From Octopus bimaculoides (Eukaryota), in assembly GCF_001194135.2 (NCBI RefSeq), contig NC_068994.1:48334233-48398232 (forward strand): a stretch of DNA of 64,000 bases, given 5' to 3'. The stretch's first letter is position 1, and each line of letters opens with the position of its first letter. Shown here in pieces: positions 27,015 through 39,051 of the stretch. The notes beneath the pieces are model-generated. The model ran no database searches. It worked only from the letters and a program-made list of their open reading frames with translations, and had not been told where the DNA came from. The position numbers and the translations under genes are program-made.

Positions 27015-27545
27015 CATTTATCTGAATCTCTTTTTTTTTTTCTGTCTGTCCAAATTTCCCTTTTTGTCTAACTGAATCTTTTTGCCTGTCCTGTCTGTTT
27101 GAATCTCCCTTTTTTTGTCTGTTTGAAACCCCATTTATTCTGTCTGTCTGAATCTCCCTTTTTTTTCTGTCTGTCTGTCTGAATCACCCATTTTTTCTGT
27201 CTGTCTGAATCTCCCTTTTTTTCTGTCTGTCTCTTTGAATCTTCCTTTTTTCCTGTCTGTCCGAATCTCTATTTTTTCTTGTCTGTCTGTCCGAATCTTT
27301 CTTTTATTCCCATCTGTCTTCCCGAATCTTCCTTTTTTCTCTGTCTGTCTGTTCAAATCTCCCTTTTTTCCCATCTGTCTGTCTGAATCTCCCTTTTTCT
27401 CTGTCTGTCTGAATCTCCCTTTTTCTCTGTCATCTGTCCAAATCTTCCTTTTTCCTGTCTGCCTGTCTGACTGAATCTACCTCTTTTTTTGTGTCTGTCC
27501 AAATCTCCCTTTTTACCTGTCTGGAACCCTAGTCTGTTTAGAATC
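27015..27545 (+). repeat. Minisatellite, about 27-30 bp unit (TGTCTGTCTGAATCTCCCTTTTTT), about 18 degenerate copies
   Basis: Periodic gaatct/aaatct cores visible in LAPTM4 intron 3. It explains the spurious ORFs at 27135-27574. Confidence 0.85.
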
Positions 27546-27839
27546 TGTTTCAGCATTTTCACCCATACATTCATATGAAATTACACAAATGTCATAAAGA
27601 CACCTACTGACAGAAATACTCATATAGACACTTATGCACATATCCCAGCAGCTGAGTACATGCATCTACAGGCAAACGTGATGAAGAGGCATCGGCATAA
27701 ATGTATACACAGACATATACACTTATGTATAGATGAACAGATATACAACTATACTGACACACACATACACACACTGTTGATGTAGTGTTTCTTCATTGTT
27801 GTATAACTACTAACCATTTTTGTCTCTTGTCTGTTACAG

Positions 27840-27968
27840 AATCGACCTGGATACCTGATTCCTTTCTTTGGTCTTCAGGTCTTTGACTTCTGTCTTAGCT
27901 GTCTGACTATTGTTGGATCTTCCCTCTTTACAACAAACATTAAAGTGTGGCTCAAGGAACAAAGACTG
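27840..27968 (+). CDS. LAPTM4: LAPTM4-family protein, exon 4
   Basis: ttacag acceptor. Translates NRPGYLIPFFGLQVFDFCLSCLTIVGSSLFTTNIKVWLKEQRL, with the conserved IPFF..Q.FDF motif (TM3). CTG|gtgagt donor. Confidence 0.95.
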
Positions 27969-29030
27969 GTGAGTATAGACGTGTGTGTGTGTGTGTGTGT
28001 GTGTGCATGTTTTTTACAAATGAATGACTAATTATTGTTTAACTTTTAAGGTTCTATACTGGAAATATCTGCAACTGTTGCTAAATCCTAAACTTCATGA
28101 AACTGCAATTCATATGTTGTTTCTGAGCAAAAAAAAACTGGAGCTAGGCACTCTTTAGCATAAGGAACACATTTTAGAATTTCTTGTCAAAAGACTTTCT
28201 GTTTGCACCGTGTGTGTTTATTTGTTGTATTTTATTGGATGAATTTCTTGGTAATTTTACTCTGGAATTTTTCTTTGTTCAGTTTTCAAGCCTAATATTT
28301 GTTAAAAAATCTGAAGCAGTGAGTTAGAATTTGGTGATATTATGTATTAATGATTTATTTATTATTAATGATTTGGAGAAAGGAAGCTTGGACTTGGCTA
28401 AAATAGATATCGATATTTACTGGATATCAATTCCAAACAGGAATGGAGTTACTGCATTAATTTTTTCTTAGTAAATGGTAAAAATTATAAAAAAAAGAAA
28501 AATAATAATTTTAGGCAAACCATCTAAGGGAAATAATTTCTAACACTATTGTCTTGAATTATGTCCCATATAACATTTTTACTTGTTTGTAATACTGGAA
28601 ACGCCATATGCTTAACCATTATGACAGATTAAAAAAAAAATAAAAGTTTTGAATTCAGTTATCTAATGAGTATTACTCAAAAGGTACTTCTTTTGGTTTC
28701 GTCACACATTCTTGTCTGTGATGCATTTGCTCCAGAGTGGTTGATTGGATTATGATGTGAATTTGTTGGTAGAGGCTGGTTCAACTCATCTTGAGTGAAT
28801 GCCAACACAAGTACAATGCATTTTTGTCAATAGAATGTATACACATGACACTAACATATTGGCATCGTTCATGTCACATGCTACCCTTCCATTACAAAAT
28901 TTAACAATGTGCCTAGTTTAGATAAGGAAACTGTTTTTTGTCACTTTCTTTTCAGGTTTTGCCTAAGAATATTTTTCCAAAGTGACTCTTCCTGGAATTA
29001 TGTGATTTTTTTTTTTTATATCTTATTCAG

Positions 29031-29126
29031 GATAACTGTCCTGGCTTCCAACGCCTAATGGAGATGGACAGTGATCTTCAGATGTTATTGATTGTCATCT
29101 TCATTGTGGTATTCCTGCTTATCAGG
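29031..29126 (+). CDS. LAPTM4: LAPTM4-family protein, exon 5
   Basis: ttattcag acceptor. Translates DNCPGFQRLMEMDSDLQMLLIVIFIVVFLLIR (TM4). AGG|gtgagt donor; phase 0/0. Confidence 0.92.
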
Positions 29127-29855
29127 GTGAGTGTATAAAATGCATATTTCTCTACTTTTTTTCTTGTTTGCCATGTCTCTCTCTTTTTCCACTGTTTCTC
29201 CCCACTCCCAAGTGTCTGTCTTTGTTCTTCTCTCCCTTTCTTCCTCCTAGTTGCAGATATTCAACTTAATTTACTTATACTAGCGGGACCTGTGAATATT
29301 TCACGGAATTAATGGTAAACTTATTGGGTTATTTCTGAAAACTTTATCCAAAAGACCTGAAAGTATAGCCTGTGTTGTGTCTGTATCAAAATATAATCTC
29401 TCATCTGCTGCTCTTTGAAAAGTGAAGGAAATTGGAATATGATGATTATTTAATGTATTTATATATACACTTTATATACTCTGTACACAATTCTATAGAC
29501 TTAATACACAGCACTCTCCCTCTTTCTCTCTCACTTTTTGCCTTACCCATTTTTTCCTCTCTCCTTTTTCTTTCGCTCTTCAAATTTCCCTTCAACTAAT
29601 CATGTAAAGGTGTTGTAGACTGGCTAAGTAACAGAGGAAAAAATCTTAGTTCAGAAAAAAAGATTACACACTTCACGCACCACCATCTCCCCCTCTCTCC
29701 TCTGATTCCCTCCCCTCCCCTCCCCTCCCCAGGAATTGAAATCACAATCTTATGAGCATGACCCTAACTACTAAATCACATACCTCCACTCTCTTTTTCT
29801 CTCTGTTGATACATTATTATATATATAATGTATGTATATGATTCTTCTTTTTCAG

Positions 29856-29957
29856 GCTTACTGTTTGGGAGTCATCTGGTCTTGCTATAAGTATGCCCAG
29901 CTGGTATCTGCAGGAAGGAACCTTATTCGGGAATACAGAGTGGACCCTGATACTGAG
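29856..29957 (+). CDS. LAPTM4: LAPTM4-family protein, exon 6
   Basis: ttttcag acceptor. Translates AYCLGVIWSCYKYAQLVSAGRNLIREYRVDPDTE, matching the vertebrate Y....W.CY.Y pattern. GAG|gtaagc donor. Confidence 0.93.
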
Positions 29958-30582
29958 GTAAGCTTTTAATTAATCTAAGCCAGTGTTGTTAGCGAAGACA
30001 TTGTCGCAATAAATATGTAATGTTCAGTGGCTGTTTTTGTTTTGATCAGCCCTGATTGAGCAGATTTATTGTGGGGAGTTGAACGACTGGATGTGATCCA
30101 CAATTTCACTAATCCAGATATGGAGAAAAAAAAAATGAACTGCAAAGAAGATAATGTTACATACTGATTTCTCTTGATCGTGTATTGTATGGTAGTAGAA
30201 GAATGTTGATTTTTTTTTTTCCGCCCTTACTGAATACTTGTTGGTAGGGTGTGATTTGGAAGAAGTTTGCAATTTTTAACAATGACAACAGAAGCTCCCT
30301 GTCTCTTGTATACCTGTGGGTTAGATGGTAGCAGCAGTTGCTGTTTTTTTAAAATTGTTCTTTACACTTTTATTGGGTGTCTCTCTCTGCTTCCAACCTG
30401 TTTCCAGTACAATGATGTTATTGCAACTGCTGCTAATTTTGCTGTGCTGTTGCTATTGTTCAGCTTTATATCAGCATTGACTGAGTTGACTCATGATCAA
30501 AAGCATTCCATCTACGACCATCCAGTCTTTTTTTTTTCCAGCTGTTCTCTTTTATTCTCTGTTTGTTGTTTAGCTGCATATT

Positions 30583-30983
30583 GTTGTGTTGTTGTTGTTG
30601 TTGTTGGCACTCCGTCGCTTCCGGCGTCGAGGGTTCCAGTTGATCCGATCAACGGAACAGCCTGCTCGTGAAATTAACGTGCAAGTGGCTGAGCACTCCA
30701 CAGACACGTGTACCCTTAACGTAGTTCTCGGGGATATTCAGCATGACACAGTGTGACAAGGCTGACCCTTTGAATTACAGGCACAACAGAAACCGGAAGT
30801 AAGAGTGAGAGAAAGTTGTGGTGAAAGAGTACAGCAGGGTTCACCACCATCCCCTGCCGGAGCCTTGTGGAGCTTTAGGTGTTTTCGATCAATAAACACT
30901 CACAACGCCCGGTCTGGGAATCGAAACCACGATCCTATGACCGCGAGTCCGCTTCCCTAACCACTGGGCCATTGCGCCTCCAC
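30583..30983 (-). mobile_element. Young tRNA-derived SINE with (CAA)n tail and 13-bp TSD
   Basis: Head GTGGAGGCGCAATGGCCCAGTGGTTAGG...GGTTTCGATTCCC (A/B boxes). TSD TTAGCTGCATATT at 30570-30582 and 30984-30996. Resembles the tRNA-Arg-derived octopus OR-type SINEs (recalled, not searched). Confidence 0.9.
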
Positions 30984-31034
30984 TTAGCTGCATATTAAGC
31001 ATAGCTTTATTTGCGTTTGGTCTTTCTTTTTCAG

Positions 31035-31250
31035 ATGCTTCTGCCACCAAGCTATGAAGATGCCATTAAGGTCCCGTTGTCAGAGCTGGCAGCCATGTCA
31101 CATTCATCTCAGCAGATCCCACCTCCTCCTTATATGATGTCTCTTGCTCCAGTTGTTGATGCCTCTACAACCACCTCTGATGCTAGTAGTAGTAGTAGTA
31201 CACCAACAACCACCACTACTACTACTACAAACAGTGATAATGGTAATTAG
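31035..31250 (+). CDS. LAPTM4: LAPTM4-family protein, terminal exon 7 with PY motifs
   Basis: tttttcag acceptor. Translates MLLPPSYEDA...IPPPPY...NSDNGN then TAG. The PPxY motifs are typical of the LAPTM4 C-tail. The seven exons sum to 900 nt (299 aa plus stop) in frame. Confidence 0.92.
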   Translation: MLLPPSYEDAIKVPLSELAAMSHSSQQIPPPPYMMSLAPVVDASTTTSDASSSSSTPTTTTTTTTNSDNGN

Positions 31251-32045
31251 GGAGGTTGATGAGTGTTCCAGAACATGTGCATACACACATTCTTACACGC
31301 ATTTGCACATACATGCAAACACATAACCACTGTATATAAAGAATACAAGCACTACATATAGTATATAAAATGCTCTCTCTCTCTTTCTTCCCGTAATATG
31401 CACCTATTAAATATAGTATATGTATACAAACATGGTCGTACACACAGACGCACACGGTTTACACATGCACACATGTACATATTATGTATGTAAGCACATG
31501 CACAGACAAGCACATGTATATACATTGATTACACATACACACACACACACACACACACAACACACACACACGTATATGCCTGTGTATGAGCGTGTATGAG
31601 CCACATGTATAGCGACACACCCATCCACACATGTATATGCGTATGTGTGATCTACATGTATAGCTATACACACACCTACATACAAACATACACAGCAGTT
31701 ACAAGTATATATATATATATATATGTGATCTCTCTCTCTCTAATATATTTCTCTGTATAAATAGACTTTCAAAAGCTCAAAGATGTGCTGGTCTCCTTAA
31801 TTACCAAAATTACCTATTCCCTTTTAACCATTTGATGACTGGTGTAATTAGTTCATCCACACCAAACCCTCTCTACAAGTTCTCATTTTTGAAATTTTCT
31901 CTTCTGTGTCTTGTTACTGCGTCTTTGTGGTGGTGGTTTGTGTTGGGGTAGAGGGATGGGTGAGGGAGTATGTAGCAGGTAGTTTGTAATGGCGTCCAAA
32001 CAATTTCAAGTGCATCTACATATATTGTGTGTGCAGTTCTGCTTG

Positions 32046-32051
32046 AATAAA
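32046..32051 (+). terminator. Candidate polyadenylation signal of LAPTM4
   Basis: AATAAA about 800 nt after the stop codon, followed by T/GT-rich sequence. Not confirmed by transcripts. Confidence 0.45.
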
Positions 32052-33698
32052 GCTGTCCTTAGCTAAGGTACTGCATAAATTTAACTGCATATTTTTTACT
32101 GCATCCTCTTGTTTTGTTTTCTTAAATTCAATTTGTGTGTGTGTGTGTGTGTGTGTGTTTTTTTTTTTTTGTGTGTTATTCCTTTTTTCTATTCCCTGTT
32201 TTTATGGATTGACGAGAAGCAGTGTTGGTGGTGGTGGTCTTGTAAATCCATGTCAGAAAAATAAAATGGCTGATTGCATAAATTTGTCAATATTCAGTTT
32301 TCGTTTTTAGCTATGCTCCCCACCATCTCGTCATCTTTATTGCGGAGTGAACTGCCCTAAAAGTTTTGACTTTGCGGTTCTTTTATTTTAGAAGATGGTG
32401 TCATGTTAGAATAAATTTGGTTGCTTCATTGCAAAGGGCAAGAGCCAATATAGAAGCTAACTGCCTTTTGGCTCTTTTTTTTCTCCTCATTTTAAATATG
32501 GTAGGTCGATATATTGAGAAGGATTTGATTTCGGCTTTGAGCTGGTTAATGTTACTAGATAGAAGCTGCTTTGAAAGCTAGTATAGTGCCTGCTTTAAAG
32601 AAACTTTGAAAGTTTGTGGAGATGTGACTGTTATAATTGAATAGGCTTAGCAACTGCAGAGAAGGGGCCTTGCTGTTTCATGGTGGTGTTGTGATGAAGG
32701 TAATAATAATTGAGGCAGTAATGTTAATGTTGCTGATGATTGTGATAATGAGGTGGTGTTGGCCATAGCAGTGATGTGTTTTATTATGAAAGACAGGGCA
32801 CTGGAAGAAATAGTAGAGCATCAGACTAAATGACTTATAATATTTAGTCTAATTTCTCCACATCAATGATAATAAATTTTTTTCAGATTCTAATTCTTTG
32901 GCTCTGCACAACATTCCCAATGTCCTTCATCTTGTAACATTATTCTGAAGATTGGCTCCAAGCAACACGTGTAATTTCAAAAAGGGTAGCAGTAAGCCCA
33001 TTGCTCCTGCTTTCCTAGAAAACTCATAATCTTCCCTGAAGCAATCCTATAAACTTTAGTCATAGTGGCAAGAACTGCTTATAATGTTTACTGAAACTTA
33101 AGCCTGTATTTGTAGTCTTAAGTGAAAATAGATTAGCCTATGCCTTTTATCTGTGGCTGAAGGGTGGCTGAGGCATTAAAAGAAGCACCCATAATATAAT
33201 GAGGTTTGTTTAATCATGCTTACCACTGAATTCTTTTTCAGTAGAGGTATTGAAGTAAAGCCCAGTAGGATACTGATGTTGGTTCAGACACCTAAATGAA
33301 AATATACCCTGTGCCTGATGAAAAGAAATCTCTGCACAACTGGACTCCCACATCACCCGTAGCATCTATCAGTAAACAATAGCATCACCTCCCATAGTTA
33401 GTTGTTGCTTGGTTTCTTTGTTTGTTTGGTGATGGTTTTTCTTTTCAATGTTACTGTAGTTAGAATTTTAGGAAGTGACAATAAGTTTTTTTATTTTTTT
33501 TTTTTTTATTCTTTTGTATATGTTCTCTGTTCTTTAATGTTTCATCTCCTTCTGTTCCTCTTCTACTATCGTCTCCCCATCTCTTCAGCTATTCACATTC
33601 CTTGGGTTATATTTTGTAATGTGTGGTCATTGCTCTACTGGCCATTGCCTCTCATTCTTTAGCTTATGTTTTATAGTTCATGGCCCTTGCTGCTCTGA

Positions 33699-33786
<88 letters not shown>
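33699..33786 (+). repeat. (CA)n microsatellite
   Basis: Long pure CA run. Similar (CA)n, (TA)n and (GA)n tracts occur at about 0.87, 19.9, 31.5, 44.05, 47.6-48.35, 54.6, 55.0, 58.6 and 63.7-64 kb. Confidence 0.95.
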
Positions 33787-33788
<2 letters not shown>

Positions 33789-34931
33789 TATTCTTCAGAT
33801 AACTTTCTTTGCAGCTGAGTAATTTGCTTCTTTTGGGGAGTAATTCTTGTTTCTGTATCATGTTTTATTATTGACTGTATCCTGTTCTTTAAGGGGTTCT
33901 TTTGTAATAGTGGCCTGAGTTGTACTGACCACATCTTATTCCTTGAGTCATCTTTGTGATGTAGTCTTTACTTCACTGACCATTATGATCACTATGATGT
34001 GGTCCTTGCTACATTGGTGACACATTCTTCCTTTTGTGGGTTTATTCTTAATTGGCTTTATTTGTGAATACTATGACTCGGTAGAAATACTGGTATGTTC
34101 AACTAAATACATCACAATATTTGGTTACATCCCCTCTTTCATTCTGAGTTCAAATCCCTACAATGACTGGTTTTGTTTTCATCTCTTTGTCTTTCATCTC
34201 CTAAATAAAATAAGTACTAATCATATATAGGGGATCAACTCATCTGTATACATTTTCTTTCTTTCTTTCTTCAATGTGATCCTTATTGCACTAATTAGTT
34301 CAGCAAATTTCTGAAATGAATATCTTGTGAAGTTCATATAGTTTTATATATATANNNNNNNNNNNNNNNNNNNNNNNNNNNNNNNNNNNNNNNNNNNNNN
34401 NNNNNNNNNNNNNNNNNNNNNNNNNNNNNNNNNNNNNNNNNNNNNNNNNNNNNNNNNNNNNNNNNNNNNNNNNNNNNNNNNNNNNNNNNNNNNNNNNNNN
34501 NNNNNNNNNNNNNNNNNNNNNNNNNNNNNNNNNNNNNNNNNNNNNNNNNNNNNNNNNNNNNNNNNNNNNNNNNNNNNNNNNNNNNNNNNNNNNNNNNNNN
34601 NNNNNNNNNNNNNNNNNNNNNNNNNNNNNNNNNNNNNNNNNNNNNNNNNNNNNNNNNNNNNNNNNNNNNNNNNNNNNNNNNNNNNNNNNNNNNNNNNNNN
34701 NNNNNNNNNNNNNNNNNNNNNNNNNNNNNNNNNNNNNNNNNNNNNNNNNNNNNNNNNNNNNNNNNNNNNNNNNNNNNNNNNNNNNNNNNNNNNNNNNNNN
34801 NNNNNNNNNNNNNNNNNNNNNNNNNNNNNNNNNNNNNNNNNNNNNNNNNNNNNNNNNNNNNNNNNNNNNNNNNNNNNNNNNNNNNNNNNNNNNNNNNNNN
34901 NNNNNNNNNNNNNNNNNNNNNNNNNNNNNNN

Positions 34932-34970
<39 letters not shown>

Positions 34971-37900
34971 TTATTTGCTTGTTCTTTTCCTTTCTAATCT
35001 TCATTTATGAACATTAATAAATTAAAAGTAAAGAATTGGATTAGCTTTTTGCCCCTCTTTTTTTTTCTTTTTAATTGTTATTGTGATTGAAAGACCGATT
35101 AAATGCTTTGCGGTATTTAGTTACCTTCCTTACATTCTGATTTTCAACTTCTCCCTTCATTCTTTTGCTGTTTATAGAAAGTGCTAATCAACTACTCTGT
35201 CCCTCAAATTTGTGGCCTTGTGCCTATGTCAGAAATCATTTTTGCTGTTGCTATAGAGTGGCAGAAATGGTTGAATGTTGGACTACATGACTTGCAGTAT
35301 TTAGTTATATTTAGTTCAAATCTTGTCATGGTTGATTTTTGTCAGACATCTTTCAAAAGTTGATAAAAAATTTGTAAAATATTGGAGTGGTGGTTTGATT
35401 TCAATGGACTTGTCCCTACCTCAAATTTCTTGTTTCTGCCTATGCTAGAAATGATTAGAGGAAATATAAAATAATCAGGCACAAGGCCTGAAATGTTGGG
35501 GTAAGGGGCCAGTCGATTGCATTGACCTCAATATGTAATTGGTACTTAATTTATTGATCCCTAAAGGTAAAGTCAACCTTGGCGGAATTTGAATTCAGAA
35601 TGTAACGACAGACAAAATACTGCTATGCATTTCGTCTCGTGTGCTAATGATTCTGCCAACTCACTGCCTTAAGGTGAAATATAAAAGAACGAATCTTCCC
35701 TGGTGTCAACAATGAGTACCCAATCAACTGAATTACATGCTTATTGAATTAGCATATATGTGGCTGTGCATTCTACAAACACATGATGTATTCTTAATGT
35801 TATTCTCAACGAAATTAGTGTCATTCATTCATTCCTATTCTGTGTAAACATGTCTAGCCATGGGAAAATATTACTTTGGTTGGAAACAAGTGACGGTTGT
35901 TGACAGGAATGCCTTGCATATAGCTGTAGAAAACCTGCCTCAGCAAATTCCATCTGTCCCGTGGAACTAAATGTACCTTGTGGTTTTAATTTTGCCCATA
36001 TTGTACTCGTATCCCCTCGTTTCTTTCACAATTGGAAACTGATAACCCATGACATTATCATTCACTAAATGCATAATACAAAATAAAAGTGAAATGACTA
36101 GCCCTGGGAAAAACATTACTTCTGAAATTATTATAATACATGGAAACCCTAGAAAATCTTTTCATGAAGACTAAATCAGTAGGTTGTATTCTCCCCAAGA
36201 CAATGTGGGCAAAAGACCCCCCCCCCCCCGAATAGCACCAGCCAAAATAATCACAATAAATGTTGAACAACATTGTTGATAGCCTGTGTATTGTTAAGCA
36301 TCGTATTTACTATGAGAGATTAACTTGTGTGAAGCTGGACATTGTTTCTACCCAGTGAAGTTAACCTGTTGTAAGTTGAGTATTGTTGCTAGTCAGAGAA
36401 ACTGGCCTTTGGGCATTGTGGGGTACATAAAATAGCCTGTGCCGAGTTGAGCACTGTTGCTACTTGGAGAGGCTAAATTGGGGGAAAGGAACATCTATTA
36501 GGTTCACCAGTTACGGTTTTAGGAAACAGTAACTTTTCTTTCATAATAGTTGCTTTATCAAACTTTCAACTCCCATGCCATTTATTACCAGTTCATTTGA
36601 TGTAGAATGATGCATAAATCACCTGAAAGAAGTCACCTACCACCGATTTTGTGAGACAGCAGACAAGAGAGTAAAGTATGCTTCTTACTGTCTGCAGTCT
36701 CTAACTTTCCAAAGAAATTCAAACTGAACAGCGACCATATCTATATCGCCATTCTCCGAGAGTCTGCCATGGAACTGTCCTGTCTTCTCTAATTAATTAA
36801 AGTAAAATATTGCTGCAAAATTGGTAGTGGAAAGAATGGCTGTCGACTATTTCTTCAACTCTAAGGACAAGATTTGTGTGCTGGATTAAGCATATATGAG
36901 GACATGAAAGCCATTTGCTGGGATGATATGTGAGTTGGAAACGACATCATGACTAGATTCTTGTGACAAACCAGGATAAATAAGTGGCAACTGTTCTCAA
37001 ACAGATTTGTAAAATCTATCGGAGACACTTCATCCAAATATTTAGGGAAGAGGAATGGATCGGAGATGGTAGAATTTAAGCTGTACCTTTATTAGTTTTG
37101 AATTTAGAAAGATGTTTTTGGTAAATGTTAGGCCTTAATATCATTTGTCAGGAGACCACTGCATTACTGATTATATTACAGAGCATCTGCCATTCCATCA
37201 TAAAGAACACATAATTTAGTGTGAGAAAAATAAATGGTTATCACTCTGTAATATAACTGCTAACGCTGTTGCCTGACAAGCTATAGATACGAGATTTGAA
37301 TCCTACCATTGAATTTGTTTCTTTTTCTTTTTCTTTTGATCAAATTGGTGTAATGTGTATTATTTTCTGTATTGATAGTTTTCTACAACTTTCAGCGCAA
37401 GTGAAGTAGTATGAAATGGTCTACAACACAATCGGAGATGTAGGAAGTATTGAACTGCTGTATAGGGAGAATATCTCCAAGACATTAAGATTGGTGTTCA
37501 GAACTGTATTTGAACATACATAATTTGTTTACTGTTGTTTCGGTACTAGATGTGTACTGCAACTGCTAGAGTGCAGTAATTCCCAATTAGGTGATCTAGG
37601 GAATAATGGTGTTTTTTAACAAACACATGGGTAGGGGACAATATTGTGTTTAAATTTAGGTGCATAACATTTCTAAATGCAGAGTCAAAGATTTAAGCCA
37701 AGGTGTTAGCTAATTGGCTAACAAACTAAACTAATTGACTATTTTGTTTTTGTAAGTCGGATGTCACTAGCTAATTGACATATCTATGCAAGTCATCTTG
37801 CATATTGTAGAAAGCAGGTGGAGTGAGGATAGCAAATTTAGCCTCGATTGGACCCCCAGGTCCATTTAGATTAGCAGAGCATTTGCCATGCTGTTCAGAG

Positions 37901-38029
37901 ATGATATCAATTTAAGGATTGTAACTTGGTTTTCACTATGAAAACATAGTCTAAAGATATCATGGCTGATAATGTATATGCATACTGTGAGGCTGCTGGG
38001 GAAATCGAAGTCGTGATGGTACCTGTACC

Positions 38030-38441
38030 AGTAGATCACTAAGAGCACCGTCCGAGCGTGATCGTTGCCAGAGCACCAGCTGTCTGGCTTCTGTGCCGGT
38101 GGCACGTAAATAGCACCATTTGAGCGTGACCGTTACCAATGTCGCCTTCCTGGCACGTGAAAAGACATTCGAGCGAGTTCGTTGCTGGTACCGCTGGACT
38201 GGCTCCTGTGCAGGTGGCACGTAAAATACACCATTTCGTGCGTGGCCGTTGCCAGTACCTTCTGACTGGCCTTCGTGCCGGTGGCACGTAAAAGCACCCA
38301 CTACACTCTCGGAGTGGTTGGCATTAGGAAGGGCATCCAGCTGTAGAAACTCTGCCAAATCAGATTGGAGCCTGGTGTAGCCACCTGGTTCACCAGTCCT
38401 CAGTCAAATCGTCCAACCCATGCTAGCATGGAAGGCGGACA
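38030..38441 (+). mobile_element. SINE-like retroposon with internal 50-65 bp tandem units and an RTE-like 3' tail
   Basis: Four units containing (ggt)ggcacgt(a)aa...cacc at about 38101, 38152, 38216 and 38283. These are followed by ggttggcattaggaagggcatccagctgtagaaac...cccatgctagcatggaa. Shorter relatives lie at about 23480-23690 and 25030-25230. Confidence 0.65.
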
Positions 38442-38790
38442 CCTGTGGCTGTGTGGTAAGAAGCTCTCTTACTGATCACATGGTTTGAGGTTCAGTCCCA
38501 CTGTGTGGTACCTTGGGCAAGTGTCTTCTGCTATAGCCTCTGGCTGACCAAAACTTTGTGAGTGGATTTGGTAGGCAGAAACTAAAAGAAGCCTCTTGTG
38601 TGTGTCTTTGTGTCTGTGTTTGTCTCCATCACTGCTTGACAATCGGTGTTGGTGTGTTTATGTCCCCATAACTTAGTGGCTCGGCAAAAGAAACCGATAG
38701 AATAAATACTAGGCTTAAGAAATAAGTCCTGGGGTCAAGGTGGTCACCCAGCATGGCTGCAGTCAAATGACTGAAACAAATAAAGGAATA
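38442..38790 (+). mobile_element. tRNA-head SINE with CORE-like accttgggcaagtgtctt segment
   Basis: tggctgtgtggtaagaag...ggttcagtccc (A/B boxes), then accttgggcaagtgtcttct. Related pieces at 17230-17400, 17440-17580 and 51270-51480. Confidence 0.65.
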
Positions 38791-38932
38791 AAAAAATAAA
38801 AGAACAATAGAAATATTATTACAATGTTGCCTTTATTCATGTCTCTCCTCTTTATTGACTGTAGCGTTGTTCTTGGCTTTATTTTGATGGTTGCTGTAGC
38901 CATTGCAGTATCAGTAATAATTGTGGCAGTAT

Positions 38933-39051
38933 TTAACCGATGACACTTTTTGATGGAGGGAATAAGACTGTGTCGATGGTATGAATGACACCATTGTTGG
39001 CAGAGATGTCACGGTTGATGATTTGGGCATTTTGAACTGTGACATGAAAAT
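38933..39051 (-). CDS. FAS1 protein B, terminal exon (H2 motif)
   Basis: gcctccag acceptor. Translates HFHVTVQNAQIINRDISANNGVIHTIDTVLFPPSKSVIG then TAA. Contains the FAS1 H2 motif NGVIH.ID.VL. AATAAA hexamers follow at 38878-38883, 38851-38856 and 38832-38837 (-). Confidence 0.93.

Noticed and set aside
27015-27545. Regularly spaced repeats that could suggest a CRISPR array
   Set aside because: Eukaryotic intron, degenerate units without unique spacers, and no cas genes: a minisatellite.
30900-30983. tRNA-like A/B-box sequence (also 41405-41484)
   Set aside because: It is the head of a SINE with a body, tail and TSD, not a standalone tRNA gene.
36810-36895. AAKLVVERMAVDYFFNSKDKIC, faintly like a retroviral env immunosuppressive motif
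   Set aside because: Too short and weak, with no surrounding env, pol or LTR evidence.
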